Of a stretch of 48,522 nt of DNA, positions 10,128 to 20,277 are shown one piece after another. The position numbers and the translations under genes were made by a program. Each line of letters opens with the position of its first letter. Positions within the stretch are counted from its first letter, which is position 1. This stretch comes from Chrysochromulina tobinii (Eukaryota). The notes below the pieces were generated by a model. The model was given only the letters and a program-made list of their open reading frames with translations. It had not been told where the DNA came from and made no database searches. The stretch covers positions 1-48,522 of the forward strand of contig JWZX01002568.1 of assembly GCA_001275005.1 (NCBI GenBank), written 5' to 3'.

Positions 10128-11539
10128 GCGCGAAGTTGCCTGAGGTATGGAGCGCCCAAGGGCACTGGTCGCCTGGGGATCACAAGTAACGGCTCTCCCT
10201 CGCGCGTGCGATCAGCGATTGCGAGGACCGACTCCGCCGCGGCACGCTCGACGTAGTGCTCTCGCATCGTGCGCCATGCCTCTTCCGAGAAACTTCCCCA
10301 GGTCTGCCAGAGGGCGGTGAGGAGGTAGGTACCACCATCGGCATGGAGTGTTGGCGGAGCTGCCTGCTGCTCCGCGTCGGTCGCAGGCCTACCAAAGCGG
10401 CTCGGTTGCGCGTCGTAGTAGCCACCGCGCGCATCGCGTGGATGTTGCAGCACTGCAATCCGTTGGCCGCAGGCGCACCTACGACCCTCGTACACATGGG
10501 CGTGCGCACGCTCCCATGCGCGCGCGAACGCCTGGTGCATCAAGTCGCGCGCGCACACGATGTAGACGGAGGACAGGCCCTCTGAGGGCAGCGTCACGAG
10601 ACGATGGTGCTGTCCGAGCGCCGCGTGCGCCATCGCCTCATAGCTCCACTCGCACCCAAGGCTGGGCTCGGCTGTGACGCTGCGGGGGGCGTGCGCTGGC
10701 CGTCGCTGGCTCGCCTCGTCCAGCAGCGCGCTCGGGCAGTCTGGATGCGACGTCGCTTTCACGCGAGCGTCCGAGTCGGGCGCCGAGCCGAGCACGCGCC
10801 TGGTGGCGCTGCCGGCGGCGCCGAGCCACCCGTTCTCGCGGGCGCATATCAGGTCCATGTAGAGCACGGCCGTGTCAAAGCGCGGCTGGTCGGGCGCCAC
10901 GGCGAGCGCGCGCCAGTCGGCCACGCCCAGCACGCACCGCGACCCTGCACCCGCCTGCGCCGTGTGTGCCTCGGTGCGCACGTGTTCGGTGCGCATGTGT
11001 CGCATCAGCCTTGACGGCGGCAGCATCACCAGAGAGAGTGGGTCGAGAATGAGGGCGTCGCGAGCCCACGAGGGCAGGAGCGATGGTGCAAGGAGGCGCA
11101 GCATCTGGCCAAAGAGCGCCGACGGCGCGCATCGTGGGTAACGGTCGCTCAACGCCTCGCCGTATGGGAGCGCGAGCGGGTGCGCGTGGAAACGATGCGC
11201 CCGCAACGCCCGCAGCATTCCGGCACTCGCACGCACCGGAGCAGCCACCAAGAGCGCGCGGACGATGGCCGCGGTATGGCCGGCAAAGTGAACTTCGAGC
11301 GGCGCGGCGGTGCCCCAGCCCAGTAGTGCACGCAGCGCTGCCGCCATGCCATCCACCTCGAGGACCGCAGGCTCGAGCGGCAGCAACACGTGCGTGCGAC
11401 GCCTGCTCGCAGGTGCGGAGAGCCGCCTCACAAAACGAAAGTGGCCCGCTGCTCCAGGCGGCAACTCGAGTTGCGATGGCCACGGAGGCGAGGTGGTCGT
11501 GTTGAAGCGCGCGATGAGCCGAGCCTCCAAGACTGGCAT
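8870..11539 (-). CDS. Glycosyltransferase: C-terminal exostosin (GT47) domain preceded by a degenerate GT8-like domain
   Basis: GT47: RRHFLSFLGS, YVRATLDSALCLQLPGSSVESNRLYEGLEGGCIPVV. GT8-like: RLLAPSLLP...ALILD...FDTAVLYMDL. Confidence 0.75.
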
Positions 11540-11709
11540 CGTGTGGGAAGAATTCCTGAACGTCAGTGAAGACGCGTGAAATACGGTATACTCATGCGAC
11601 CATACACAAGATTTCCTGGGCTAATGTTCGACATAGAAATCCTACAGCTGAACTGTGAAGAACTCAGCGAGTCATCAAGACGCTTCTCTTCTTCAAGAGG
11701 CCGCCGATA

Positions 11710-12513
11710 ATGCGCGCGGCTCTGGGATCGCTGGCTCTTCGTGTGCGCGCGCCTGCGGCGGCTGCCGGCCTGCGGCACCGCGTGCTGGCCACCACCGCGG
11801 CGGGGGCCAAGCCGAAGAACATGAAGACCTTTTCCATCTACCGCTGGGATCCCGAGTCGGGGAAGAAGCCGAGGATGCAGGACTATGAGATCGACATGAA
11901 CGAGTGCGGGCCGATGGTGCTCGACGCGCTGCTGAAGATCAAAAACGAAATCGATCCGACCCTCACGCTCCGCCGCTCGTGCCGCGAGGGCATCTGCGGC
12001 TCCTGCTCCATGAACATCGACGGCTCGAACACGCTCGCCTGCTTGTGCAAGGTGTCGGACGCGCCAAAGATGAAGATCTATCCCCTTCCGCACATGTACG
12101 TGCTCAAGGATCTAGTGCCCGACATGTCCAACTTCTACGAGCAACACAAGTCCGTGCAGCCGTACCTGCAGACCGCGCCAGGCACGGACATCTCGGTCGA
12201 GAATTACCAATCCAAAGAGGACCGCGCAAAGCTCGACGGCCTGTACGAATGCGTGCTGTGCGCCTGCTGCTCGACCTCGTGCCCATCGTATTGGTGGAAC
12301 CAGGACAAGTACCTTGGCCCCGCTGTGCTGCTGCAGTCGTACCGCTGGCTCGCCGACAGCCGCGACGCCAAGAAGGCTGAACGCCTCGAGTTCCTTAGTG
12401 ATGCCTTCAAGGTGTACCGCTGCAAGACGATCATGAACTGCTCAAAGACGTGCCCGAAGCACCTCAACCCGGGCAAGGCCATCGCCCAGATCAAGCTTAG
12501 CATGGAACACTGA
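11710..12513 (+). CDS. SDHB: Succinate dehydrogenase iron-sulfur subunit, mitochondrial
   Basis: Arg/Ala-rich presequence; [34 protein letters not shown] and [18 protein letters not shown]e-S motifs. Confidence 0.98.
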   Translation: MRAALGSLALRVRAPAAAAGLRHRVLATTAAGAKPKNMKTFSIYRWDPESGKKPRMQDYEIDMNECGPMVLDALLKIKNEIDPTLTLRRSCREGICGSCSMNIDGSNTLACLCKVSDAPKMKIYPLPHMYVLKDLVPDMSNFYEQHKSVQPYLQTAPGTDISVENYQSKEDRAKLDGLYECVLCACCSTSCPSYWWNQDKYLGPAVLLQSYRWLADSRDAKKAERLEFLSDAFKVYRCKTIMNCSKTCPKHLNPGKAIAQIKLSMEH

Positions 12514-12824
12514 GCCTGCAGCGAGTACGCTCCGTGTCCGAGCGAGGAATACATGCGTGTCGCTGTTGCCGTGGCAGCCACCGACCTGACACCACACGCA
12601 GTGAGCGCGCCTTTTGCTCGTGAGCGCTCCTCAGAGTTGTCCTTGCTGGACAGGTTTGTCGAGGTGAGTTGCCCAACATCTAGCGGGTGTGTGTGTGCGT
12701 CTGCTCCCTCCGTGCTCTCTGCTGCCGTCCGTGTTTCTATGTTCGAAGGTTTACTACCGTGCATGGCGGAACTTAACTTGACTGTGTCATGACTACTCGA
12801 ATTGACGATTGCATTTCATTACTA

Positions 12825-12885
12825 GACTTGTCTGGACTTGACTTGACTTGTTTACACGACTTGACATGACTTGACTTGTCTTGAC
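12825..12885 (+). repeat. Imperfect (GACTT)n pentanucleotide repeat
   Basis: gacttgtctggacttgacttgacttg...gacttgacatgacttgacttgtcttgac, ending just upstream of ATG 12902. Confidence 0.85.
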
Positions 12886-12901
12886 AAGAGTGTTGTTCGC
12901 G

Positions 12902-13528
12902 ATGGATCGAGGATCCGATCGAGGGTCCCGATTTCGCTTGCCTGCGCTTTATCCGCGGTCGAGCGATCCAGACGGTGACACGTTTGTGGCCTCGACCAGC
13001 CCGTCCGCGGTGCGTCCGCCGCCGCCAATGGCTATGTTCATGCAAGCAGCGTTTGCGGCCGTTCGGGAACAACGAGCCGTGTCCTTGGACCACGACCCTC
13101 CGCCCGCTGTTGGTTACGACGACGCAGTTGCGAGCATGAGGACATCATGGGAGGCTGACAGCGAAGCTGCCGCGCGGCCATGGATTCCGGCCTCCTCACC
13201 TCTGTTCGAGCAGGGCCTTAGCGCAGTGTGCCCCGCACCGCATCAGCCTGCGCTCGTCGCTGCAGCGTTGGCTCAGTGCCGAAGGGCCCGACCCGCCGCG
13301 CCCGCCGCGCCGCCCTCGAAATCATTGCTCACCAAAGTATCGCTCTCCAAGGTCCACACCAGCTGGGAAATCGAATCGCAGCTGCTCCACGAGATGCACC
13401 GTGCAGGAACCGCAAGCACTGGGTCTACTCTTGACAAGCTGGCCGGCGCGGGCTCGACGGAGCTCGGCGAACTTAGCGAGCTCAAGCGAATCGTTGGCGA
13501 GCTGGATGCGATGTGGGGCACCCCGTGA
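12902..13528 (+). CDS. Hypothetical protein
   Basis: 208-aa ORF from ATG 12902; no recognisable domain. Confidence 0.45.
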   Translation: MDRGSDRGSRFRLPALYPRSSDPDGDTFVASTSPSAVRPPPPMAMFMQAAFAAVREQRAVSLDHDPPPAVGYDDAVASMRTSWEADSEAAARPWIPASSPLFEQGLSAVCPAPHQPALVAAALAQCRRARPAAPAAPPSKSLLTKVSLSKVHTSWEIESQLLHEMHRAGTASTGSTLDKLAGAGSTELGELSELKRIVGELDAMWGTP

Positions 13529-14306
13529 ATCCCTTGTCAGAGTGTGAACCAACCTCCGGTGACACACTTCCAAAGTACGAAGTAACATGACAACGTCCGA
13601 CACGTGATCACCGAGAAGATTGTCACACACGGACAGTCGGAGATATGCGATGAATACGATTTAGAGACCGGGCAGATTGCAGGAAAGTTTTAGTGCAGCA
13701 CCGGGACCGGTACCGGCTTCAAGTGAAGCGGTATAATACGCCTTTGAAGGCGTATACTTATCCTCTTATCGTTTGAAGGGTTAATTCGAAGTTAATTCGA
13801 AGGGTTCCCAACGTGGACGTACGCCCCCACGGGGGCCGCCCCGATCGAAGTACCGACGATAACTCTTTACTCATTGGTCTTATTCTCGTATGAGTATAAT
13901 TTTTAGCGCCGACTGTGAGTCGGGAGTGCGTGTGCATGTGTGAGTGTGTGAGCGAGTAGGAGTACGGACCACGAGGGTCTGTAAGTTCTCTCGTTGGCTC
14001 GTGCTAGACTTTTGGAAATTTCCCAAAGTCGCCGCTCGTGGAGCTCAGTGAGCGACGGCCGGACTTTTCGTTAGAAAAGAACGGGTTCACACACGAGTCA
14101 AGTTCTCTCGGTATACATGCATGCGTGGACGCACCCGCACCGGGCCCACCGCCGCGCCGCCCGCGGAGACCGGCGGAGCCGTTCCCCCGAGAAGAATGCG
14201 TTGCAGGTTAGTGGCGATGAAATCTCTCAAGGCGGGATTGCGGGACCTCTGATCTCGCGGGGTCGGGATATATTTTGTGTGTCGGTCACTTCGCGTCATC
14301 AAAATC

Positions 14307-15864
14307 ATGTTCGGATGGATGGTTGTGGCTTGGAGCCCTCCTGTCCAGCTTGCTTGGATACAAAACACGCCATTCGACTGGCGAGCGCACAGAGTTGCGC
14401 GTGCACCTCCACCGACCGCCGACGCCGGCGAGATGTCACGCTTGCCTCTCAGCATCGTCGGGCGTCCCCTCACAACAATGGATACGAAAAAGGGCGAGAT
14501 CATGTTGTCTGTGCTCAAGAGTATTTCAGAGGTTGCTTGCGCTGATTGGGACGCGTGCGTGCATGCTACAGCCTCTGGCATCGGCGGCGAGCCCTTCTTG
14601 TCGCATCGCTTTCTTCACGCACTCGAGTCCTCCGGCTGCGTCGACCCAGATGAAGGCTGGATGGTGCAGCACTTGGTGGCTCATGACACGAAGACAAGCC
14701 GGCTGCTCGGTGCTGTGCCGTTGTACCTAAAATCGCACTCGTACGGAGAGTATGTCTTTGACCACGTGTGGGCTCGCGCGTATCGATCAAGCGTCTCCGA
14801 TGCGACGCCGTCGACGAGCGGATACTATCCGAAGCTAATTGCATGCGTGCCGTTTACTCCCGTCGCGGGAGCCCGGCTGCTCCTCGCCGCGATGGAGCCC
14901 GAGCGCAGGGCCAAGCTGCGCGGCGTCCTCGCGCGTGGCCTCGTGGCGCTGGCCGACCGACTGGGCGTGAGCAGCGTCCACGTCACCTTCTCGTCTCGAG
15001 AAGACGGGCGCGCTCTCAAGCAGGAGGGCTTCCTGCCGCGACTCGGTGTCCAGTTCCATTGGTGCAACGGCAACTACAGCAGCTTCGACGATTACCTCGC
15101 GTCGCTCAAGCAGAGCCGGCGCAAGGCGGTGCGTCAGGAGCGGCGCAAGGTTGCGGAAGCAGGCTTCAAAATTCATCGGCTGAGAGGTGCCCAAATTGAG
15201 AGGCACCATTGGGACGCCTTCTACCGCTTCTATCGAGCCCAGGTGGAGCGCGAGTCGAACACAAATCCCAAACTTGTGCCGAATGCAAGTTGAGCGCAAT
15301 CGGCAAACCCTAACCCTAACCCAAACCCCGACCTTCTACCGGCCACAGGTGGAGCGCAAATGGGGGCACGACTATCTCAAGCGCCCCTTTTTCGACGCGC
15401 TCGGCGAGCAGATGCCGGAGAGCGTGGTGCTCGTGCTCGCAGAGGATGCGGAGGGCGAGCTCGTCGCCGGTGCGCTCAACCTGATCGGCGAGGATTGCGT
15501 CTACGGCCGAAATTGGGGGTGCAACAAGTGGCACGACGCGCTTCACTTTGAGGTATGCTACTATCAGGCGATCGAGCTCGCTATTGAGCTCGGGTTACCG
15601 CGAGTGGAGGCGGGCGCGCAAGGCGAGCACAAGATCGCCCGTGGGTACATGCCAACGCTCACTCGTTCAAGTCACTACCTTCGAGACCCGAGCTTCCGAA
15701 AATGCATCAAGAGCTTGCTGGACAGCGAGCGAGAGCAGACGTACATAACACTCGCAACTGTCGCAACGAGGCAGAACCCATTTAAGGACGACCCTGCGCA
15801 CCATCTCCACGGGCAGGGGGTGCACATCGACGGGCAGAGGCTTGTGGTGGACGAGCATCCCTGA
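14307..15864 (+). CDS. FemAB-like / COG3146 GNAT-fold protein (peptidoglycan biosynthesis/recognition family), possibly plastid-targeted; exons 14307-15242 and 15349-15864
   Basis: PFLSH.FL.ALE.SG, PLYLKSHSYGEYVFDH.WA, YYPKL..VPFTPV.G.R, SSVHV.F, YGRNWG, LHFEVCYYQAIE and EAGAQGEHKIARGY. Splicing restores FYRFYRAQ|VERKWG..YL.R.FF. Confidence 0.9.
15243..15348 (+). other. 106-nt GT-AG phase-0 intron with duplicated junction and CCCTAA repeats
   Basis: Removal joins two frames of a conserved protein. Both ends read CAG|GTGGAGCGC. Internal aaaccctaaccctaacccaaacccc. Confidence 0.85.
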
Positions 15865-16202
15865 TGCGTAGTCAAAGTCAAACATGCTGTGGAGCCCGAG
15901 GGGCGTTTCGAAGTGGCGACGGTAGTACCCACAGACGGTGTGGTGCTGCTCTCGAGAGGTCTGAACCCCCGGCAGCGGGCCCGACGAGAAGCCGTACTTC
16001 TTTCCCCGCGTACTCGTAGCACAGCGAGTACGGCCGTACAAGTGCCGAACCCTAATCGAGCCTGTCCTTCTATGTGTTCACGTCGCGTCGAGAGAGAGCT
16101 GGAGTGTGGAGAGCGGACGTCGTGTCGTCGCCCCGGGGACGTCGTCGCCACGTGGCCGCGTATACTGTAGTCTGTACTTCGATACTGTACTCCGCTCTGC
16201 GT

Positions 16203-16277
16203 AGCGCCGTTGATCGGTTCACAGCGCCGTTTATCGGTTCACAGCGCCTTTACACAGCGCCGTTCAGATCGGTTCAC
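16203..16277. repeat. Imperfect ~20-bp minisatellite (agcgccgttgatcggttcac) x4
   Basis: Units start at 16203, 16223, 16243 (short) and 16256. Confidence 0.85.
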
Positions 16278-17006
16278 GGACGTCGGACCTGTGCGGCCTG
16301 CGGCGGGCCGGCGCGGTTTGCGTTAAGGTTATAGGTTTGCGGGACCGTGGCCGTACGCGCGGAGCCGCGCGGCCGCCGCCGGTCGCGGGACGCGGCGCGG
16401 AGCGGCGCGGTTCGCGGTTGTTTGCGGGTACGGTGGCGTGCTGTGCCGTTTGTGTGCCGTAGGCCGCGTAGCGCCGGGACGCGGTTCCGTCCGTCTTTCT
16501 AACGTCTTTCGCGCGCCGGCCGGCGGCGCAGCGCGGCGACGGCGGGCCCGGCCTGGCCGGTGAGCCTGTGGCGCCGGCCGCGGCGCGGGGCCTTACCGCT
16601 TACGCCGGCGCGGGCGCCGGGCGCGGGGGCCTCGCCTGTGGCCCGTGGCCGGCCCTCGCGCGCCGGGTGTGGGGCTGTGCCTGTGGGCGCGAGTCACCGA
16701 GTGTCCGAGTCTAGCTCTAGGGTCTCTCGGTCGCGATGTGACGCATCACATCGGGCACGCGCACACATTCAGATTCACGACAGTCGAAACGCGCCCAAAC
16801 TTCGACGAGCCCAGTCGCCAGTGGGCCACGCACGGGCGCACGGCCCCGTCCGGACGGCGCCGCCGACGGCCGCTCGGCGGGGCGCGCGCCCGCCGGGACC
16901 GGCGACGCGGGCGTTTATTTCGTTATAGCTGTGTATGTATGCGTTGGCGCGATAGGAAGATCTATCAGGTGCACAGGTTCCCTGCACCCTAACTCATCGT
17001 GACACT

Positions 17007-17597
17007 TCAAATGTCCTCCACGTCAGCTGGTTGTGCTGGAAGAGCCTTGCGGAAATCCTCAAACCGTCTGCTTGCGCTGTCGAGCATGAGGCGTAGCGGC
17101 GCGAAGCCCGCGGCCGCGTTGGATCTACTGGTCGCAGGCTGACTTAAAGCTTCCCTGTCGACGTCGTCGAGAACGGCTATGACCAATAGTAACCGTCGAT
17201 TCGAATCGAGCCGGTCGTCGCCCACTAAGGCAAGAATCACACGCTCCCCAGCCTGCCGAAGAGCCACTCGAGTCTTCGCGGCGCCGGCGCCGACCTCACC
17301 AGCAAGGCCGTCATCCGCGAGCTGCCCGAGCCGTTTCAGCTCAGTGCCAAGCGAGTCAAGTTCCGTGAGCGCCTGGGAGTACTCCGCCTGAGTCATGGCT
17401 ACACCCTCGGCCTTCTTGTACAACTTTCCCGTTTCCCAGAACGTGCCGCGGCATCGCTCTGCCGTCACGCCCGGGATGCAGTATTCCACGATGCCTGGGA
17501 TAGCGGCTCGGGCCGGTGCCGGTTTTTGTAGTGTCACGCACGCCGCTGCTGTTAGGCTGAGCACGGCTCGGCGTGAGAGACTGTGCAGCATGTCCAT
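17007..17597 (-). CDS. Putative thylakoid-lumen helical protein (twin-arginine signal); true start may lie upstream
   Basis: SRRAVLSLTAAACVTLQKPAPARA is a Tat-like RR motif, hydrophobic stretch and AxA cleavage site, followed by predicted helical sequence. Confidence 0.55.
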   Translation of the reverse strand: MDMLHSLSRRAVLSLTAAACVTLQKPAPARAAIPGIVEYCIPGVTAERCRGTFWETGKLYKKAEGVAMTQAEYSQALTELDSLGTELKRLGQLADDGLAGEVGAGAAKTRVALRQAGERVILALVGDDRLDSNRRLLLVIAVLDDVDREALSQPATSRSNAAAGFAPLRLMLDSASRRFEDFRKALPAQPADVEDI

Positions 17598-17847
17598 GTG
17601 GGAAAAGGCGGATCGCGCTGTGGCGGGCGTCGCGCCGAACGCACGATTTCGGATCCTGCCCACGCCCACGCCGTCGAAGCCGATGCCGTGTGCGGCGCGT
17701 TGTGAGACGAGCAGAGAGAGACTACAAGTACAGTAGTCTCGCCTACATTGATACCACCAACCACGGTACACCTCCCTCACCCTCTCTCTACCCTGCCCTC
17801 GGTCTACTCCGCGCTCGACACTCACCAAGGCTCTGTAATACCCCCTC

Positions 17848-18606
17848 CTATTCGACCTTCACATTGGGTTCTTCGGTAGAAGCCTGAGCTACAACTAAAG
17901 TAGATGGATCGGAAGCATGATCAGAAGGGTCTTTTCCCCAGTTCCCGATTTGCAGTTTGCCCGATTTCCAGATTGAGAGCAGAATCGTAAAGACAAGCGT
18001 GCCCGTGCAGTAAGCAAGCACCAGCTTGTCTTGAGGCACGCAGGCGTACATGTACAAAGTGACTGGGAAGAAGAAGCCCGCAGTTCCTACGAAGAGCTCC
18101 TTCCATTTTTCTCGCACAATCTGTGGGATCTCTTGGAACGTACGTCCCTCTAGGAGCGAGAATCCACAAAGGAACCAAAGAGCCCAGTACGGTGTGTACA
18201 CGAACGCCTCAGCGAACTGCTTCACCAGGATGTCCACAATCTTGGCCTGTCCCTCAAGACCCACACCATTGCCGAGGACTGTGTAGAGGAGCGCAAACCA
18301 GCCGTGGCTCATCGCTCCGTCCATGAAGCCAAAGACACTGAATCGAGCAGTGCGAACCGGATCAGGCCGCCATCCGGGTGACGACCCCTGCGTGGCCTGC
18401 GCGACGAAGTCACTGATCGTGTTGAGGATCGAGGATGTGACCATGTCAGTCAGCAGGCTGTTCGACGCCTCGGCGGAGTTGTAGAGTTGCAGAAGGTCGA
18501 CTTGCATCAGGTCCGCTGATTGCATCATGGTGGACACGGCGTGGCGCGGTGGATACCATCGAGTTCCGAGCGCGGCCGTGTGCGCCCATCGAAAATTGGG
18601 ACGCAT
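17848..18606 (-). CDS. Mpv17/PMP22 family membrane protein
   Basis: ISDFVAQ...D..RTARF..FG...SHGWF..L; K..(D/E)..VYTP; VP...+ pattern with four hydrophobic segments. Confidence 0.85.
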   Translation of the reverse strand: MRPNFRWAHTAALGTRWYPPRHAVSTMMQSADLMQVDLLQLYNSAEASNSLLTDMVTSSILNTISDFVAQATQGSSPGWRPDPVRTARFSVFGFMDGAMSHGWFALLYTVLGNGVGLEGQAKIVDILVKQFAEAFVYTPYWALWFLCGFSLLEGRTFQEIPQIVREKWKELFVGTAGFFFPVTLYMYACVPQDKLVLAYCTGTLVFTILLSIWKSGKLQIGNWGKDPSDHASDPSTLVVAQASTEEPNVKVE

Positions 18607-18670
18607 CGCGTCGAGTACGCCGGCAGCACACACGTTCTAGAGTGTGAGAGCGCCGCGAGATCTTCGACGG

Positions 18671-18692
18671 GAGTCAAAGTCAAGTCAAGTCA
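18671..18692 (-). repeat. (GACTT)n repeat upstream of the Mpv17 gene
   Basis: Plus strand gagtcaaagtcaagtcaagtca. Confidence 0.75.
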
Positions 18693-18857
18693 TAGTAACC
18701 AAGCTCCGAAGACCAATCGACGAGATTTGGAAAGGTGAAAGGTTCGAGCAAGCTTATGGGTGGCCCGAGGCGCGCGTCAATCTGACATCCGGGTGCAAAC
18801 ATTGACGAAACATAGCGCTTGCGTGCGAGCTGGCAAGAGCGACTGGCACGGCAAAGC

Positions 18858-19400
18858 ATGCCACGCTCGGAGAGCGAGAGCGACAGCGAAGACGATCGTG
18901 AGCGCAAGCGGTCGCGTCACGAGAGGAGTGACAAGAAGCACGACAAGGAGAAGAAGAAGAAGCACGACAAGGACAAAAAGGAGAAGAAGCACGACAAGGA
19001 GCGCAAGCACAAGGACAAGAAGCATGAGAAGCGTGAGAAGCACGATGGTGGCGCCCCGGCCGTGTCGATATCGGAGCCAATCACGGAGGAGGACTATTTT
19101 TCCAAGGCACCCGAGTTTGCCTCGTGGCTTCAATCGCGTGGCACGTATCTTGACGAGCTGCAGAGCGATGAGGCCCGTAAGCAGTTTGGCAAGTTTGTTA
19201 AGCGTTGGAATGGCGGCGAGCTGCCTCCGCAGCTGTACGCGGGCGTGAAGCCCGCGTCGCGAACGCGTCATCAATGGGGATTTGTGGCGTCGCTGTCCGA
19301 CGCCGACTTGCATACATTGGACCGGACCAAGGATGGCGTCGATAGTGCGACGACGCAGCAGCAGGCCACACAGCAGCAACTGAAGCGTCCAGCACGGTAG
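18858..19400 (+). CDS. Lys/His-rich small nuclear protein, style cell-cycle inhibitor 1 (SCI1)-like
   Basis: KKHDK repeats followed by ITEEDYFSK..EF..WL......+L.S.EARK.F.KFVKRWN.G.L...Y.G. Confidence 0.75.
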   Translation: MPRSESESDSEDDRERKRSRHERSDKKHDKEKKKKHDKDKKEKKHDKERKHKDKKHEKREKHDGGAPAVSISEPITEEDYFSKAPEFASWLQSRGTYLDELQSDEARKQFGKFVKRWNGGELPPQLYAGVKPASRTRHQWGFVASLSDADLHTLDRTKDGVDSATTQQQATQQQLKRPAR

Positions 19401-19545
19401 TTTTACTATCTGACGTAAAATACTTCTGTCTGAGCTCGATCGCAGCGTCTCCGGTTGCGCCACCTCGGGGGACGAGAGAGGCGGCGCCCGGCCCGCGTGC
19501 ACACGCGCAACCGACCGTACACAGCACTCGCACTGCGTCTACTAC

Positions 19546-20019
19546 TTACATATTCAGACACACGCTCGTAATGTGCATGAGCTCTCGCACGAGGATCTCC
19601 TCGAGCAGATGACCATCGTCAACCGCCGCCCACCATCGGTTCTGCGGGTCGTATTTGTAATACTTAGGTCCTGTGATCGGCGAGAAGAGCAGCAGTTTGT
19701 CGCCCGGAGCAACCTCGAGTGAGTATTGGCCCTTCTTTCCGAGGTCGAGAAGCAGTTTGCCGCCAGCGTCAAGAGATGGCTCGAAATGATCGGAGCACGT
19801 CTCTTTCGCGTCACTCATCGCCTTGAACACGCGCTGCACCTCCTTGCCAGCAGCAGATAGAGTCGCCTCCGTAGTCAGAGCACGGCGAATCACGGCTGGC
19901 GCATGCAGGTGATGTAACGCTTGCGACCTCAGGCCGTGCAGCAGCAGGCTGGGTGGAGAATGCAGCCGCGCCAACGTGCCGGTCAGGGTCCACACCACAC
20001 GAGTGACGACTCGTGCCAT
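19546..20019 (-). CDS. Frataxin/CyaY-like protein with mitochondrial-type presequence
   Basis: G.LLLDLG.KGQY......L.L.SPITGPKYY.YD....W.....G..L.E.L..EL; Arg-rich N-terminus from ATG 20019. Confidence 0.8.
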   Translation of the reverse strand: MARVVTRVVWTLTGTLARLHSPPSLLLHGLRSQALHHLHAPAVIRRALTTEATLSAAGKEVQRVFKAMSDAKETCSDHFEPSLDAGGKLLLDLGKKGQYSLEVAPGDKLLLFSPITGPKYYKYDPQNRWWAAVDDGHLLEEILVRELMHITSVCLNM

Positions 20020-20277
20020 TGGGTCCACACCGCACGAGTGACGATGACACGAGCCATTGCGGAACGGTGAGACGGAAAGAACGAAACCTCCTTTTATGAT
20101 TACAGATAATAACATCTTCAATCTCTCAAAAACGGAGATCGGAGCTTTCTCGTACCGGTAGACGAACGGCGATTGTTCACATCTGAAGTCGCTCACGCGC
20201 AGTCCGCATGCTGACGAGGTTCGCACAGTCTCTGTAGCCGCGCGCGCGACGCCCGGGTACTGCAGCCGTAGCCTGCG

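Noticed and set aside
15305..15329. CCCTAA repeats as a telomere or chromosome fusion site
   Set aside because: Only about two perfect units, inside an intron of an intact gene.
16203..16277. Repeat array as possible CRISPR
   Set aside because: Head-to-tail minisatellite without unique spacers, no cas genes, and a eukaryotic context.
11710..20019. SDHB, frataxin-like and Mpv17 as a mitochondrial Fe-S gene cluster
   Set aside because: They are interspersed with unrelated genes in mixed orientation, with no evidence of co-regulation.
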